DNA of 46,416 bases, counting the filler, from Jimgerdemannia flammicorona (lineage: Eukaryota): the NCBI GenBank assembly GCA_003990765.1. It is 2 parts of 2 records of this genome, joined end to end, with 100 filler letters (N's around TTAATTAATTAA, not from the genome) between each part and the next. Parts side by side here need not be neighbours in the genome. Positions count along the whole stretch, not along the records: positions 1 to 23,160 come from RBNJ01001146.1; positions 23,261 to 46,416 come from RBNJ01001147.1. The stretch is one strand, 5' to 3'. Made by a program: the position numbers and the translations under genes. Shown here one piece after another: positions 22,701 through 34,320 of the stretch. The notes below the pieces were generated by a model. It had not been told where the DNA came from, did no database searches, and saw nothing but the letters and a program-made list of their open reading frames with translations. How positions within the stretch are numbered: the stretch's first letter is position 1; each line of letters opens with the position of its first letter.

Positions 22701-23160
22701 ACCCACTCAACTCTAGGGACCCTAGACCAAAGATCACCCATATCAACAAGCTACAACTGAAGAAATTGGCCAAGAAATGTCCTCTCTTTGCCATCTCCAT
22801 CCGACCATCCAAAGGAGAACCCGAGAACTCTGAAGAAGATTTTTCCAAAGTTGATAGCCATGTCAGACCACTACTCCAGAAATTCCGAGACATATTCCCA
22901 AAGAAGCTCCTGAAAGGCCTACCTCCCAAATGAGTAGTAGACCATACAATCAAGACTATCCCAGATGCCAAACCAGCCTTCAAGTCAATCTACCACATGT
23001 CTCTGAGAGAAATTGATGTACTCAAGAAGGAAATCGATGAACTCCTAGAACAAGGATTCATCAGACCCAGCATATCACCCTATGGTGCACCAGTCCTCTT
23101 TGTTGTCAAAAAAGGAGGAGACCTGCGAATGTGCATTGACTACTGCGATCTCAATGAACA
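19716..23160 (+). pseudogene. gag-pol: Single gag-pol polyprotein: N-terminal extension, gag, CCHC, dUTPase, aspartic protease, RT start
   Basis: ORF-track pieces at 21074, 22214, 22628 and 22997 are in one frame, and stops between them are TGA/TAA/TAG from C-to-T. Motifs LPTFN, FRGPAEEWW, CFYC(R)KTGHMASAC (21584-21625), IDSGASGNFI (~22380), IILGTPWL. Confidence 0.9.
21704..22111 (+). pseudogene. dut: Trimeric dUTPase domain within the polyprotein
   Basis: All five motifs in order: AAGYDL, GRICCHSSLA, GGVIDEDYIGEI, ITQIL, (R)GSKGFGSS. Confidence 0.95.
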
Positions 23161-23260
23161 NNNNNNNNNNNNNNNNNNNNNNNNNNNNNNNNNNNNNNNN
23201 NNNNTTAATTAATTAANNNNNNNNNNNNNNNNNNNNNNNNNNNNNNNNNNNNNNNNNNNN
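23161..23260. other. Assembly gap with artificial six-frame-stop linker
   Basis: Ns flanking TTAATTAATTAA (23205-23216). Contiguity across it is not guaranteed. Confidence 0.97.
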
Positions 23261-23409
<149 letters not shown>

Positions 23410-23669
23410 ATAATGTGTAAGAATGCAATGTAAGCAGGAATGCATAAATGCAATGAAACCAAGCAATAACTGTAGAATGATGCAAATGTACTAAAAAGAT
23501 GCTATCTACACATACTTAAAACATAAGAAACTGAAGAATATAGATAGATTCTATTGATAAAAAAACTCAAATATAGAGAAAATAAAATAGACTGGTAAAT
23601 AACTGTAATGTTTGAAGGTTGCTTAGCTGGATGCTGGTGTATACTTGCTATTTTGTCATTAGTGTATAG

Positions 23670-24674
23670 GTAAAATATCTATTTCTTAAGTGTATTATGT
23701 AAATTTAGATTCTGGAAGAACTTTGATAAGTAAATCTATAATCATATTCTCTATAGAGATATATTCTAGATATATATAGTACTGTTTTCTATATATTTCT
23801 ATATGAAATGATAGAGTATATTAATATGTTTAGTTCTTGAATAAGGTATTGGATTCTTTACCATAGTAATTATAAACTAGTTATTTTAATAAACAAGTAT
23901 AAAGTACTATTTCTAATTAAAGCTAAGTTCTTTTAATAGTTAGTATAGCCAAATGACTTCTTTCATTGCTGTGAATAATGCTTAATATTTAGTTTGTATA
24001 GATGATATTGCCACTGAGCTCTGCTTATATATTTGCTATAAAATAGTAGATCTCTTATTATTTAGTTAAATGAGATATCTAGTTATAGATCAGTAATTAT
24101 CTAAATCTTTAGCCTAATTGACATCACATATACCAGATAGCTATATGCCATTCTTATCATTACTTTTGCTTAATCTGCCAAGGGTGAGTATATAGTATAC
24201 TATTTCTTTAATATATCTGAAAATTCTCTTAATAGTACTTTAATCTAAATTATTATAATAGAAGAAGTACTATATTATCTTATTGACTATGAAGAATATA
24301 TTGAGCCTTATCTTAAGTATTAAATATATTAGGAAACCAACTGCTTGTCTATAGAAAATACTGATATAGTTGTTATTTTTATCAGCTTTAGACTTCCTTA
24401 ACTTTATAGATATCTCTATTGAGATACTAATAGATTTATATTTACTTATATTAAAATATTCAAAGATTGCTTAGATATATATTGACTGTAATAGGTATAT
24501 AGTAGTATGTACATTTCTATTATATATGATAAATATTTCCAAAAGAAAGAATATATTACCTATATCTATCATCTTGAATTCCTAGTATAGAGCTTCTTTA
24601 ACTCCATTAAGCTTACTTTTATTATAATAATAATTATATATATCATCCATCCATATGTCTATAAAAATCACTCT
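23670..24674 (-). pseudogene. pol: Ty1/copia relic, segment 1: RT C-terminal half and RNase H
   Basis: DIWMDDI (YVDD motif, ~24640-24660), LSGICDVN*AKDLDN (GYCDADWA-like), KNPIPYSRTKHINILYHF, ENMIIDLLIKVL (ADxLTKAL-like). Confidence 0.88.
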
Positions 24675-25858
24675 TTTTTTTTTTTTTTTTTATGAACTCA
24701 TAGTCCCATGGATTTTTATTAGAAGAGAACCTAGACTATATAGGCCAAAACCCTCCCCTACCACCTACCAAGCACTACTCTTTTATTAAACCTAGGCTAG
24801 CTATTGTCCAGTGGCTTGACTATGCCAGATATAGCAGAGCCTATAGTGGCCCATATCTCATTCTGTATACTATACTCTTCCTATCACTAGGGAGAACTCA
24901 GCCATATGTCAACAACTGAAAGCATACACCTGAAATTCCAACATATGTACAAGGCCATGCCCAAGCTAAATAGAATAGCCTCTGCTACTCTAAGTAGAAA
25001 TAACAGACAAAGAAAAAACTCTCCTTAAGATATAGAACAGTGGGTAGAGTCTGGTTCTCCCAAGTGAGGTGAGTAGAGGACTTACACATGAGGTAAGAGG
25101 AGACTCCCAATACCCCACTACTTAAGTCTGCAGGCCTTGATCATATTGCCACATCAGCTTCTGGTTCTAGTTGAGTACAGCTAAGATGCCTAACATAGGT
25201 AGCCTCAGACCCCCCAGCCCCCTCTAATGACCAGAGCTCAACCTTACAAATCACCAAAAGAAGCCAAGAGTGATACCTACTACCTAACTGCTCTACACTA
25301 ATCAAAAGGCCCCACTGAAGCAGCACTCACCCCAGTCCTGATGACTACCTCAGCCTAGTACTCTACTGGTCTACTGTAATTGCCCTTCCTCTTATCTATT
25401 ATGGCCATCTCCCCTCCTAACCTGATATCACCTGAAAAATAGTTATCTATATCATAACTATACTCACTGGAAAGTTTGCCAAAGCCAGAGGGCCCCATCA
25501 TAAGTACTGAAGACCTGCAGATAATCTATACTGGGCACTTGATGCCTAAGGTCAGTCAACTTTCTACATAATCTGTAATATACCAAGATGACACCTTGTT
25601 GACAACAGTAAAAGGAAGATATTACACCAAAATAGGTATATTCAAGATATAGCTAAAGGTACCAGAAATTGCAAAAAAGTAGAGAAGATACTAATCTGAT
25701 ACTGATAAAGGAACAACTCATCACCATTGCCTCCCTCCTACTGTCCTGCAGTAGATATAGCAAACCAACCTGAGGTAGAGAGAGTATTAGTTATGGAAAG
25801 AGAACTCAGAAGATTGCCTACCAAACTATTATGACTGGTAAAGTAGCAGAGAAAAGAG
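24675..25858 (-). mobile_element. LINE family D copy 2: ~1.18-kb 3' fragment with poly(A) and 16-bp TSD, inserted in the copia RT
   Basis: Poly(T) 24674-24691. TSD CTATAAAAATCACTCT (24659-24674) vs CTGTAAAAACCACTCT (25859-25874), differing by two transitions. Confidence 0.85.
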
Positions 25859-26483
25859 CTGTAAAAACCACTCTATTATTATAGTATTGAATGTATATAT
25901 AGTTATCTACTTTACATTATATAAAGCTATTATCAAGAAGATATTTATCAATTTTTTAGTTTTATAAATAAGCTGCTTACTTAATACTATATAGTCCTTT
26001 ATATAGTTTATATACTAACTTTTTATTCTGGTTATTATATAGTTTATATCCTTATGGCTAATAAATATATAACTTCATATCTATATTACTATTAAGAAAG
26101 GCCATCTTTATATCTATCTGATAGATTTCTAAGTTATATAGTATACTGATTACAAGAAGTATTCTTAGTGAAGTAAGCTTAAATATAGATAAAAATATCT
26201 CATTATAGTCTATGTTATAATTTTATAAATATCTCTTAATAATAAAATAAGTTTTATAGTATTTAAGTATCTATTAGTATTGTGCTTAATTTTATAAACT
26301 CAATGAGATATAATTGCTTGATAGTTTGACAGAAGAGATATAAGATCTCATATACTATTCTTTATGAGTAAATTATATTTCTCAGTTACTTAGGCTCAGA
26401 TATATATATATATATAGTAATTGAAAATAATTTTGCTTCACTACTGAAAAGGTAAATAATAGTTATATTGATTACTATATTTG
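25859..26483 (-). pseudogene. pol: Ty1/copia relic, segment 2: RT N-terminal half
   Basis: YNIDYNEIFLSIFKLTSLRI (GIDYxETFSP-like) and KGLYSIK*AAYL*N (LYGLKQA-like). Confidence 0.85.
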
Positions 26484-27980
26484 TGTAAGAGGGTTACTTT
26501 TTAGGATGACCATTACATAGTTCTGGAAGGGTTTTCTGGAAGTTCTGGATATTCTGGAAGACTGTTTTCTTATAGTCAAGATTAATTTCATATGGAGTAC
26601 ATTCTCTATGCTTATTGATTTCAAGTTCAGGTTGACATCTCAACCAAAGTCCTTTTTTGGACTAGTTCTGGATATTCAGGATTTTCCATATTTCAGGAAG
26701 TTCAAGAAACTAAGACCAGCTTAGTTGAATTGGTGTATTGCTGCAGACAATACCTAATTAGGAAATTTCATAATGGGTTAGGAGTGGGATCTAATGGGGA
26801 GCAGATTTACTTAAGGGTGGTTTGTGGGTTATTAAATAGGTTTATTCACTATTTATGATATTGCTATATTAGGAGTAGTTGTGTGAAGGGATATTGTGGG
26901 GAAGTGCTCAGGAGTTGTGTTCGGATTGTTCAGATCTGAGATTCTGAGGTCTGGGAGAGAGAGTATTTATACTAGTGAGGGGCTATCTGGACTATACTAA
27001 ATATGGATGTAGCACTTAGTGCCTTGCTGAGTCGGAATGCAGTCATATAGTATAAGTGTGATCTGATATGTCAAGAGATCATCTGACTGTAGAGTCAGTT
27101 CACAGTCATGTTATACAAGGCTAATCTAACTATACTATGACTGCTAAGCTATTTATAGATTTAGGTGCTGTCTGGTTAGTCTTTGATGACATCACTATTG
27201 ATGACATCATTGCTGACAAAGTCTGAGCAGTTTTCTGACTTCTGATATTATCAGTTTTCAAGATATCGTCACTTCTATCTCTTGCAAGATTAAGACTGTC
27301 CTTGGTGGTGGTGGTTGTACATATAAGGATAACAGGTCTTAGTTCTCTTTTTTTTTGGTCTGCTGGCGCATTTGCGAGGACTGGCCATTCTCATCTAGAG
27401 TGAGGGTTCCCAATGTTATGGCTGGAGATTCAAACCTCTTGGAAATGATATTTTCTATAATCTGAGGCAATTTCTAGTAGTAATATCTGTCATGTGGATG
27501 GCTTGAGATTGGTTTTGACAATGTCGGCTTTTTTGAGTTCAGATGAAATGTCTGTCACTCTCCAACAGAGGTGATACAGATAGAGTGAATGAAGTTGTTC
27601 AAATGTGTTTTACTTCTGCTAAGTAATAAGGTCTTGTATAGTTGCAGTGTATCTTGGTCTTGAGTTGATAAGTGCAGTTCGTGAACCTTTTGGTAGATAA
27701 GATAGGGTTCTTCTTATCTCGATTTGAGTTTGGTACTTTCGGTTTCCTTTTGTAATAGTACAGTACACCAAACTAGTTATAGCAGTTCGGAGTCAGTCTT
27801 ATGGTTGTAGTACTTCTTCTAGTATTCTTGTATCTTGGCGGTGGGTTCTCATGCTTGCTGGCATATTTCGTGTAACCAGATGATCTCTTCAGTAACTTGT
27901 TTTGTAGTCTCACATATGGTTTCCAAATTAGTTCTGAGGATGCCATGCGATTTTGGTAGCTTGGAGGTTATGCGCTTACA
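26484..27980 (-). repeat. 3' LTR of gypsy copy 2 (1497 bp)
   Basis: Direct repeat of 31375-32857 with TGTAAG...CTTACA termini, adjacent to the PPT. Confidence 0.95.
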
Positions 27981-27996
27981 ACTCTCCCCTTCTTAA
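27981..27996 (-). promoter_or_regulatory. Polypurine tract
   Basis: TTAAGAAGGGGAGAGT immediately before the 3' LTR on the minus strand. Confidence 0.85.
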
Positions 27997-30900
27997 CTTT
28001 CGACATCCTCATCGAGGCCTTCTAATTTGTTCTGGTGTTATTGTACCATTTGGATGGTTCTTGTGGCTGTGTTTGTTGAGAATTTGTTCAACTTTGTATT
28101 CTTCTTGGTCATTAAGAATGACAGGTGCAGGTGGTTCTGTAATTCAGTTCAGAAATGTGTCTCGGAATTTCTGGAGTAGTGGTCTGATGTGGCCGTCAAC
28201 TTTGGAAAAGTCTTCTTTGGAGTTCTCAGGTTCTCCTTTAGATAGGCAGATAGAGATGGCAAAAAGAGGGCATTTCTTGGCCAATTTCTTGAGCTGTAGC
28301 TTGTTGATGTGGGTGATCTTTGGTCCAGGATCACTAGAGTTGAGTGGGTCCTTTTCGCCTTGCAGTTTGAAGTTGTGGCATCCTTTCTTGATGGTTAGAG
28401 AATGGTTTACCCAATCAATCATGAGGTTCTCTTGTTTCAACCATGAGGTTCCAAGGATGATTTCATTATCTGGAAGTGGTATGATCTGAAGGGTAACATA
28501 TACTCAGTAGTTACCAATTCGGAAGAGTAGGTTGCAGACTTCCTTGCTAATAACATGTGAGATTCCATCAGCTGTGGCAACTGCTTGAGTTTGTTGTACC
28601 AGAGAGATGAAGACCTTGAGTCTGTTGGCTGTTTCTTCATTGATAAAGTTGCCTGAGGCACCACTGTCTATCATGATCTTAACAGGTGCTCGGTTGACAA
28701 AAGCTTGAAGTGTAAGCAGTTTGTCTGATCCAATGCTGGTGATTTCAGTTATAGGAGCTTTTCTTCTGTTGGTTCTTCTTTGAGCCAGTTCATTGATACA
28801 AGAGAAGCAATCATCAATCATTCGGGAAGAGTACATTCCAATGCCATAGGGGCATCAGCTACTTGGTACATATCTGTCTTCGATTTTCTTATATAATTAT
28901 TCTACTTTGTTCATGGTAGGTTGGGCTGGGGCCTTGTTTGATGAGCCAAATCCTTTGGATTCTCAGATAGTAGGCAGTAGTTCAGGGACTTCCTTGACTA
29001 TCAGGGTTGACTCGATTTTCTCGAATAGGATCTGGGCAATGCAGAAACCGATAGGGATCTTGAAGAGTGTCCAACTATGGTTTCGGATGAGGACAATGAT
29101 TTTGCCTATATAATCTTCATCAATGACTCCTCCTTCTACTGAGAGTCCTTTCAGTGCTAGGCTGCTGCAACAGCATATTCTTCCAACATGTCCTTCAGGG
29201 ATTTGGATACTGATTCCTGTATAGACTTGCTTGACTTCTCAGTTGGAAACTGTAGCTTCTTCAGCTGCATACAGATCATATCCAGCTGCTTTTTGACTTC
29301 CTTTGGTTGGGGCCTTGGCAGTTTGCCTTAACTTGACAAAGTCTAGTGTTCTGGTGGTCAGGTTGTTTAGGTGGTGCAGAGTGGTAACAGTTGCTCATGT
29401 TGCTGTTTAGGGTTTTCGATTAGGGCAGGCACTGGCCATGTATCCTGTCTTTCGGCAATAGAAGCATGCTCCGCTTCTTCGAAGTTCATTTCTTTCTCCT
29501 TCAGTGAGTTTCTTGAAGGTACTCGGCTGAGTGGGTTCATGATTTCTAGGTGTCTAAGAGGTAGATGTGGAGGGAGCTCAGGATGCTTCATGCTTGGGTT
29601 CTTCTTTCTTGGTCCAAGTCTTTTCCTTATTGTTAAATTGTCTTCGAGGCAGAATTGGTCCAGCTATTAGGATTCGCTTGACTATGGTCTTGATTCTCAC
29701 TAGGCACTATTGTTAGTGATCGCAACTAACTGGGCAGCCTTGTTCTCAGATTTTTCTAGTGAGCCATTCAGGCAGGGCATCAAATAAATGGTCTGCTCTT
29801 ATACTATTTCATGCTTCATCATTGGCAATATATCCTAGGCCAATGGTGTTCAGGAGTGACTCGAGTTTTGTACAGAAAGTTTCAAATTCTTTCTTGCTAT
29901 GTATATCAAATTTGAGGTTGTGGAGTTTTACTTGAGATTCAGCAATCATGGTTTTACTATGGTATTGAGCAATCATGAGTTATTTGAGTCCAGGAGCTGC
30001 AGGATGGGCTCCATATCCTGGGGCATTGTTTGCTGTATTCTGGGCAACTACTGCAGATCGGGTATCCCATGTGAGGGGTTTTTCAGGAAGGGTTCGCTAC
30101 CATTCTTCAGTAGGTTCTTGGAAGAATGTAACAACTCACCGGACATAGGCTATGGTGGTAGCAAAGAGTTGTTCTAGAGTGTGGTCTTGATTATTTATCA
30201 GAATGCAGTCTGCAACTCACTCATTTGTCCATTGATTGGCTTTGAAGTTAGTGTCAACTACACTAATGAAGCTTTGGACTTCTTGTGTAGTACCATTGAA
30301 GGTAGGTAGGCTCAGATTTTTGGTAGATCTGGTCTGTTTGGCTAAGGCAGTAATGGTTGCTGCCATTATGGCTATCTGGGCTGTGAGGTCTAAAATATGT
30401 TGGTTTGCCATATTGTTTACTGGAGGCGGTTGGACTGTTAGTAGTGGTATTACTAGTACTACTTGAGGTACTGGTGCAGAATGTGATGGGGTTCTTTGGG
30501 TCTATGTAAGTTGCTGGAGTAATAGTTATGGGTCTGGAGTAAGGGCTCGATAGATAGCTGTCTGTTGCTGTGTCAGTGTATTTTGTCCTGATGGAGGTGC
30601 ATCTCCTTCGGTGGTATATCCGGGATTGAATTCACTGAGATACTCCTCCTCTTCTTCAGTTTGGTCCCCATGTAATTGGGTTTGCTTGGCGTCAAAGTAG
30701 ACAGAATCAGTTGTATATCTGATTTCAGATAGACTTAATTCAAAGTCAAGTTCTGGTTCAGTATTGGTTTCAGGTTCAGGTAGGGCTGTAGCTGGGCCTG
30801 CTTCTGCTTCAGGGTCAGATAGTTGATGAAGGGTTTCTCTTGCTTCTTCCTTAAGAATATAGCAGGCCTTGCTGTTCTGGAATTGGTAGTATAAGGCAGT

Positions 30901-31335
30901 CTTGGTCCTGGTATGGTGAAAGTTGGTAGAATTGAGCTACTTGGCTACAGAGGCTTGGGCTTCGTGAGGGACTAAGGCTAGAAAAACTGCTGCTGATTGT
31001 CCTAGGTCACTCGGATTTGTAGAGCTAACAAAACTCTTATTGAGAAGAGTAAAGAAGGCTTCTATAAGACCTTCTTCATCTTGACTTGCTGGGTGTAGAG
31101 CAAGGAGTTCGATGAATAGGGTTTCACCTATTTGCTGATTTAATTGGAGTACTTCTTTCTTTGAATGAAGTTTGTCCCACTTGTTGCAGGTATGGAGGTC
31201 AAATTGTCCTTATACATCAGGTTCAATTCTCTCCAGATTGTCAGATGGTTCGGGATAAATTCCAGTTCAGAGGTTGGGCTTTATACCAACTTGTAGGAAT
31301 TCTCAGAGAGGTTTTGTAGTGGGGTGAGGAAGCAT
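27997..31335 (-). pseudogene. gag-pol: gag-CCHC-dUTPase-protease fused in frame to a partial chromodomain
   Basis: Colinear with 19716-22895. After KFRDTF it continues in frame as (P)N(R)ITEPPAPVILNDQEEYKVEQIL. Candidate ATG at 31335. Confidence 0.88.
28939..29346 (-). pseudogene. dut: dUTPase domain, copy 2
   Basis: Same length (408 nt) and motifs as 21704-22111: AAGYDL, SSLA, GGVIDEDYIGKI, IAQIL, GSKGFGSS. Confidence 0.95.
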
Positions 31336-31360
31336 CTTAAAGCGGAATTGGATTGTAAAC

Positions 31361-31371
31361 CGCTGCTACCA
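31361..31371 (-). promoter_or_regulatory. Primer-binding site, probably initiator tRNA-Met
   Basis: TGGTAGCAGCG 3 nt after the 5' LTR on the minus strand. Confidence 0.7.
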
Positions 31372-31374
31372 AGT

Positions 31375-32857
31375 TGTAAGAGGGTTACTTTTTAGGGTAA
31401 CTGTTACGTAGTTCTGGAAGGGTTTTCTGGAAGTTCTGGATATTCTGGAAGACTGTTTTCTTATAGTCAAGATCAATTTCATATGGAGTACATCCTCTAT
31501 GCTTATTGATTTTAAGTTCGGGTTGACATCTCAACCAAAGTCCTTTTTTGGACTAGTTCTGGATATTCAGAATTTTCTATATTTCAGGAAGTTCAAGAAA
31601 CTAAGACCAGCTTAGTTGAATTGGCGTATCGCTGCAGACAATACCCAATTAGGAAATTTCATGATGGGGTTAGGAGTGGGACCTAATGGGGAGCAGATTT
31701 ACTTAAGGGTGGTTTGTGGGTTATTAAATAGGTTTATTTGCTATTCATGATATTGCTATACTAGGAGTAGTTGTATGAAGAGATATTGTGGGGAAGTGCT
31801 CAGAAGTTGTGTTTGGATTGTTCAGGTCTGAGATTCTGAGGGGGTATTTATACTAGTGAGGGGCTATCTGGACTATGCTGAATATGGATGTAGCACTTAG
31901 TGCCTTGCTGAGTCGGAATGCAGTCACATAGTACAAGTGTGATCTGATATGTCAAGAGATCATCTGACTGCTGAGTCAGTTCACAGTCACGTTGTACAAG
32001 GCTAATCTTACTATACTATAACTGCTAAGCTATTTATAGATTTAGGTGCTGTCTGGTTAGTCTTTGATGACATCACTATTGATGACATCATCACTGGCAA
32101 AGTCTGAGCAGTTTTCTGACTTCTGATATTATCAGTTTTTAAGATATTATCACTTCTATCTCTTGCAAGATTAAGACTGTCCTTAGTAGCAGTGGTTGTA
32201 TAAGGATAACAGGTCTTGGTTCTCTTTTTTTTTAGTCTGCTGGTGCATTTGCGAGGACTGGCCATTCTCGTCTAGAGCGAGGGCTTCCAATGTCACAGTT
32301 GGGGGTTTGAACCTCTCAGAAATGATATTTTCTATAATCCGAGGCAATTTCTAGTAGTAATATCTGTCACATGGATGGCTTGAGATTGGTTTCAATGATG
32401 TCGGCTTTCTTGAGTTCAGATGAAACATCTGTTACTTTCTAACAGAGGTAATATAGATAAAGCAAACAGAGTTGTTCAAATGCATTTTACTTCTGCTAAG
32501 TAATGAGATCTTATATAGTTGCAGTGTATCTTGGTCTTAAGTTGATAAGTGCAGTTTGTGAACCTTTTGGTAGATGAGATAGGGTTCTTTTTGTCTCAAT
32601 TTGAGTTTAGTACTTTCGGTTTCCTTTTGTAATAGTACAGTACACCAAACTAGTTATAGCGGTTTGGAGTCAGTCTTATGGTTGTAGTACTTCTTCTAGT
32701 ATTCTTGTATCTTGGCAGTGGGTTCTCGTACTTACTGACATATTTCGTGTAACCAGATGATCTCTTCAGTAACTTGTTTTGTAGTCTCGCATATGGTTTC
32801 CAAATTAGTTCTGAGGATGCCATGTGATTTTGGTGGCTTGGAGGTTATGCGCTTACA
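31375..32857 (-). repeat. 5' LTR of gypsy copy 2 (1483 bp)
   Basis: Direct repeat of 26484-27980, followed by the PBS. Confidence 0.95.
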
Positions 32858-33455
32858 ATTTGCAATAGCTGAGATGTAGATATTATTATAGAGGTAAATA
32901 TAGAAGTTCCAATAGATACTTCTACATAGATATCGTTATTATTATCTTTTTCTCTAAACTATATATTATATGAAATAACTATATATCTCTTACATAGATT
33001 CTAGTACCTATATACCTTATCAGAATATTAAGAAATATATACTTACTAGCTTTTGACTCTAACTTATATTAATTGATATTGCTTTTAATAAGAATATATA
33101 TATTATATCTAAATATATATAAGTAGAATATATATATATATCTAACTTAGTTCTACTCTATAATTCCTCAGAGATAAGATTATCATCCCTTATTATTATT
33201 ATCAGATTTCTTACTTAGAGTCTGAGAAATATTCTAATTATAGATATATATCACTATATTAATAACTTCAACCTAATAAGAATATGATAATCTAGTTATA
33301 TTAATTATCATATATACTATTTCAATAACTGTATAGTTACATAAATTGCTTAGCCATACTATTTTACTGGAGTATATAGAGAGCCATTATCTGATAGTAT
33401 ATACTATATTTTTTTAAGAACTACTTGAACATACTATTGATATATTTATATATAT
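32858..33455 (-). pseudogene. pol: Ty1/copia relic, segment 3: integrase core C-terminal part
   Basis: FLKKYSIYYQIMALYILQ*NSMAKQ (HGIxHQxTAPYTPQQNGVAER-like) and LSYSY*VEVINIVIYIYN (WAEAVxTAVYxxNR-like). Confidence 0.8.
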
Positions 33456-33914
33456 TGTAACGTAGCGGACGCTTACTCTTGAAAGTACGTCGGATTTCTG
33501 TATCTTGAAAACTTGACTGTTCTGACTCTCGCAGAGTCTTCTTGAGGTTGCAGGGGAGGGTGGGTGAGTTCGAAGTGTATCTGCCCGCAGGCTTACTAGT
33601 TCCTTTGCTATCTCTTTGCTTTGAACTATTTCGATCTGAGATTTATTCACTCGAAGATACTGGGTTATTTATACAAGTTTGCTAGCTATGAGAGGGTGGC
33701 TAAGTAATAAATGAGTCATTTGGACTTTGTCGAAACATTTAGACAATGTCTAAATGCTATGCTAAATCGGGGTATTCGATTTGGATAATGTCTAAGAATT
33801 TAGACAATGTCAAAATCGAGGACTGCTAACTATAAGGCTATACTACTTTGGGAATGGGTGCGATCAAGTGTCTATTCCCTATTTCCTTCTTCCAAATTCG
33901 GCTGTACCGTCACA
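33456..33914 (-). mobile_element. Young solo LTR (459 bp) of an unrelated family
   Basis: TGTAACG...CGTCACA termini, 4-bp flanking duplication ATAT (33452-33455, 33915-33918), CpG-rich in contrast to the flanks, TATAAATA on the minus strand (~33665-33672). It splits the copia SDN..EY motif. Confidence 0.85.
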
Positions 33915-34288
33915 ATATCTATTATCTGAGTATATAGTATATATTCTATATTCTGTCTAATTTTTCATAATTACTTTAAATTTTTTAAATTTCTTTAGAG
34001 TTTCATTATTTATTGATAAAAAGTATATATAGATCTTGTATATATATAATTATCAATAAATATAATAAAATATCTCTTCTTGAAGTATAATAGTATATAT
34101 ATTAAACTATATATATATATATATATATACATATATATAAGATCTAGAATCTCAGAGATATACTTCAATTATTCTTCAAATAGTCACTAAGATACTTTGA
34201 TTTTTATATAATCCTTGTAGAAACTCTCAAGATACGTATATTACTAGTAATTCTTTACAGATCTAGTTCTAATGATTCTTTCTAGACT

Positions 34289-34290
<2 letters not shown>
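33915..34290 (-). pseudogene. pol: Ty1/copia relic, segment 4: integrase N-terminal part
   Basis: SEILDLIY, RYFIIFIDN (YFITFIDD-like), KFKKFKVIMKN*T and TIYSDNRY (RSDNGGEY-like). Confidence 0.8.

Positions 34291-34320
<30 letters not shown>

Larger units (their letters stand above)
17610..23160 (+). mobile_element. Ty3/gypsy (chromovirus-like) LTR retrotransposon copy 1, truncated by the assembly gap inside RT
   Basis: TG...CA LTR, PBS, gag, CCHC knuckle, dUTPase, DSG protease and gypsy RT N-terminus (PSISPYGAPVLFVVKKGGDLRMCIDY). Confidence 0.95.
26484..32857 (-). mobile_element. Ty3/gypsy copy 2: complete-ended, internally deleted non-autonomous element (6374 bp)
   Basis: Two ~1.49-kb LTRs, perfect 5-bp TSD ATTTG (26479-26483, 32858-32862), PBS, PPT. 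Internal region is gag-CCHC-dUTPase-protease plus a chromodomain remnant only. Confidence 0.95.

Noticed and set aside
23205..23216. Palindromic TTAATTAATTAA within Ns
   Set aside because: Standard artificial contig linker with stops in all six frames.
27953..28489. Antisense ORFs over the gypsy polyprotein (also 22540-22983, 18072-18629)
   Set aside because: Shadow frames of the sense ORFs; boundaries differ between the two copies.
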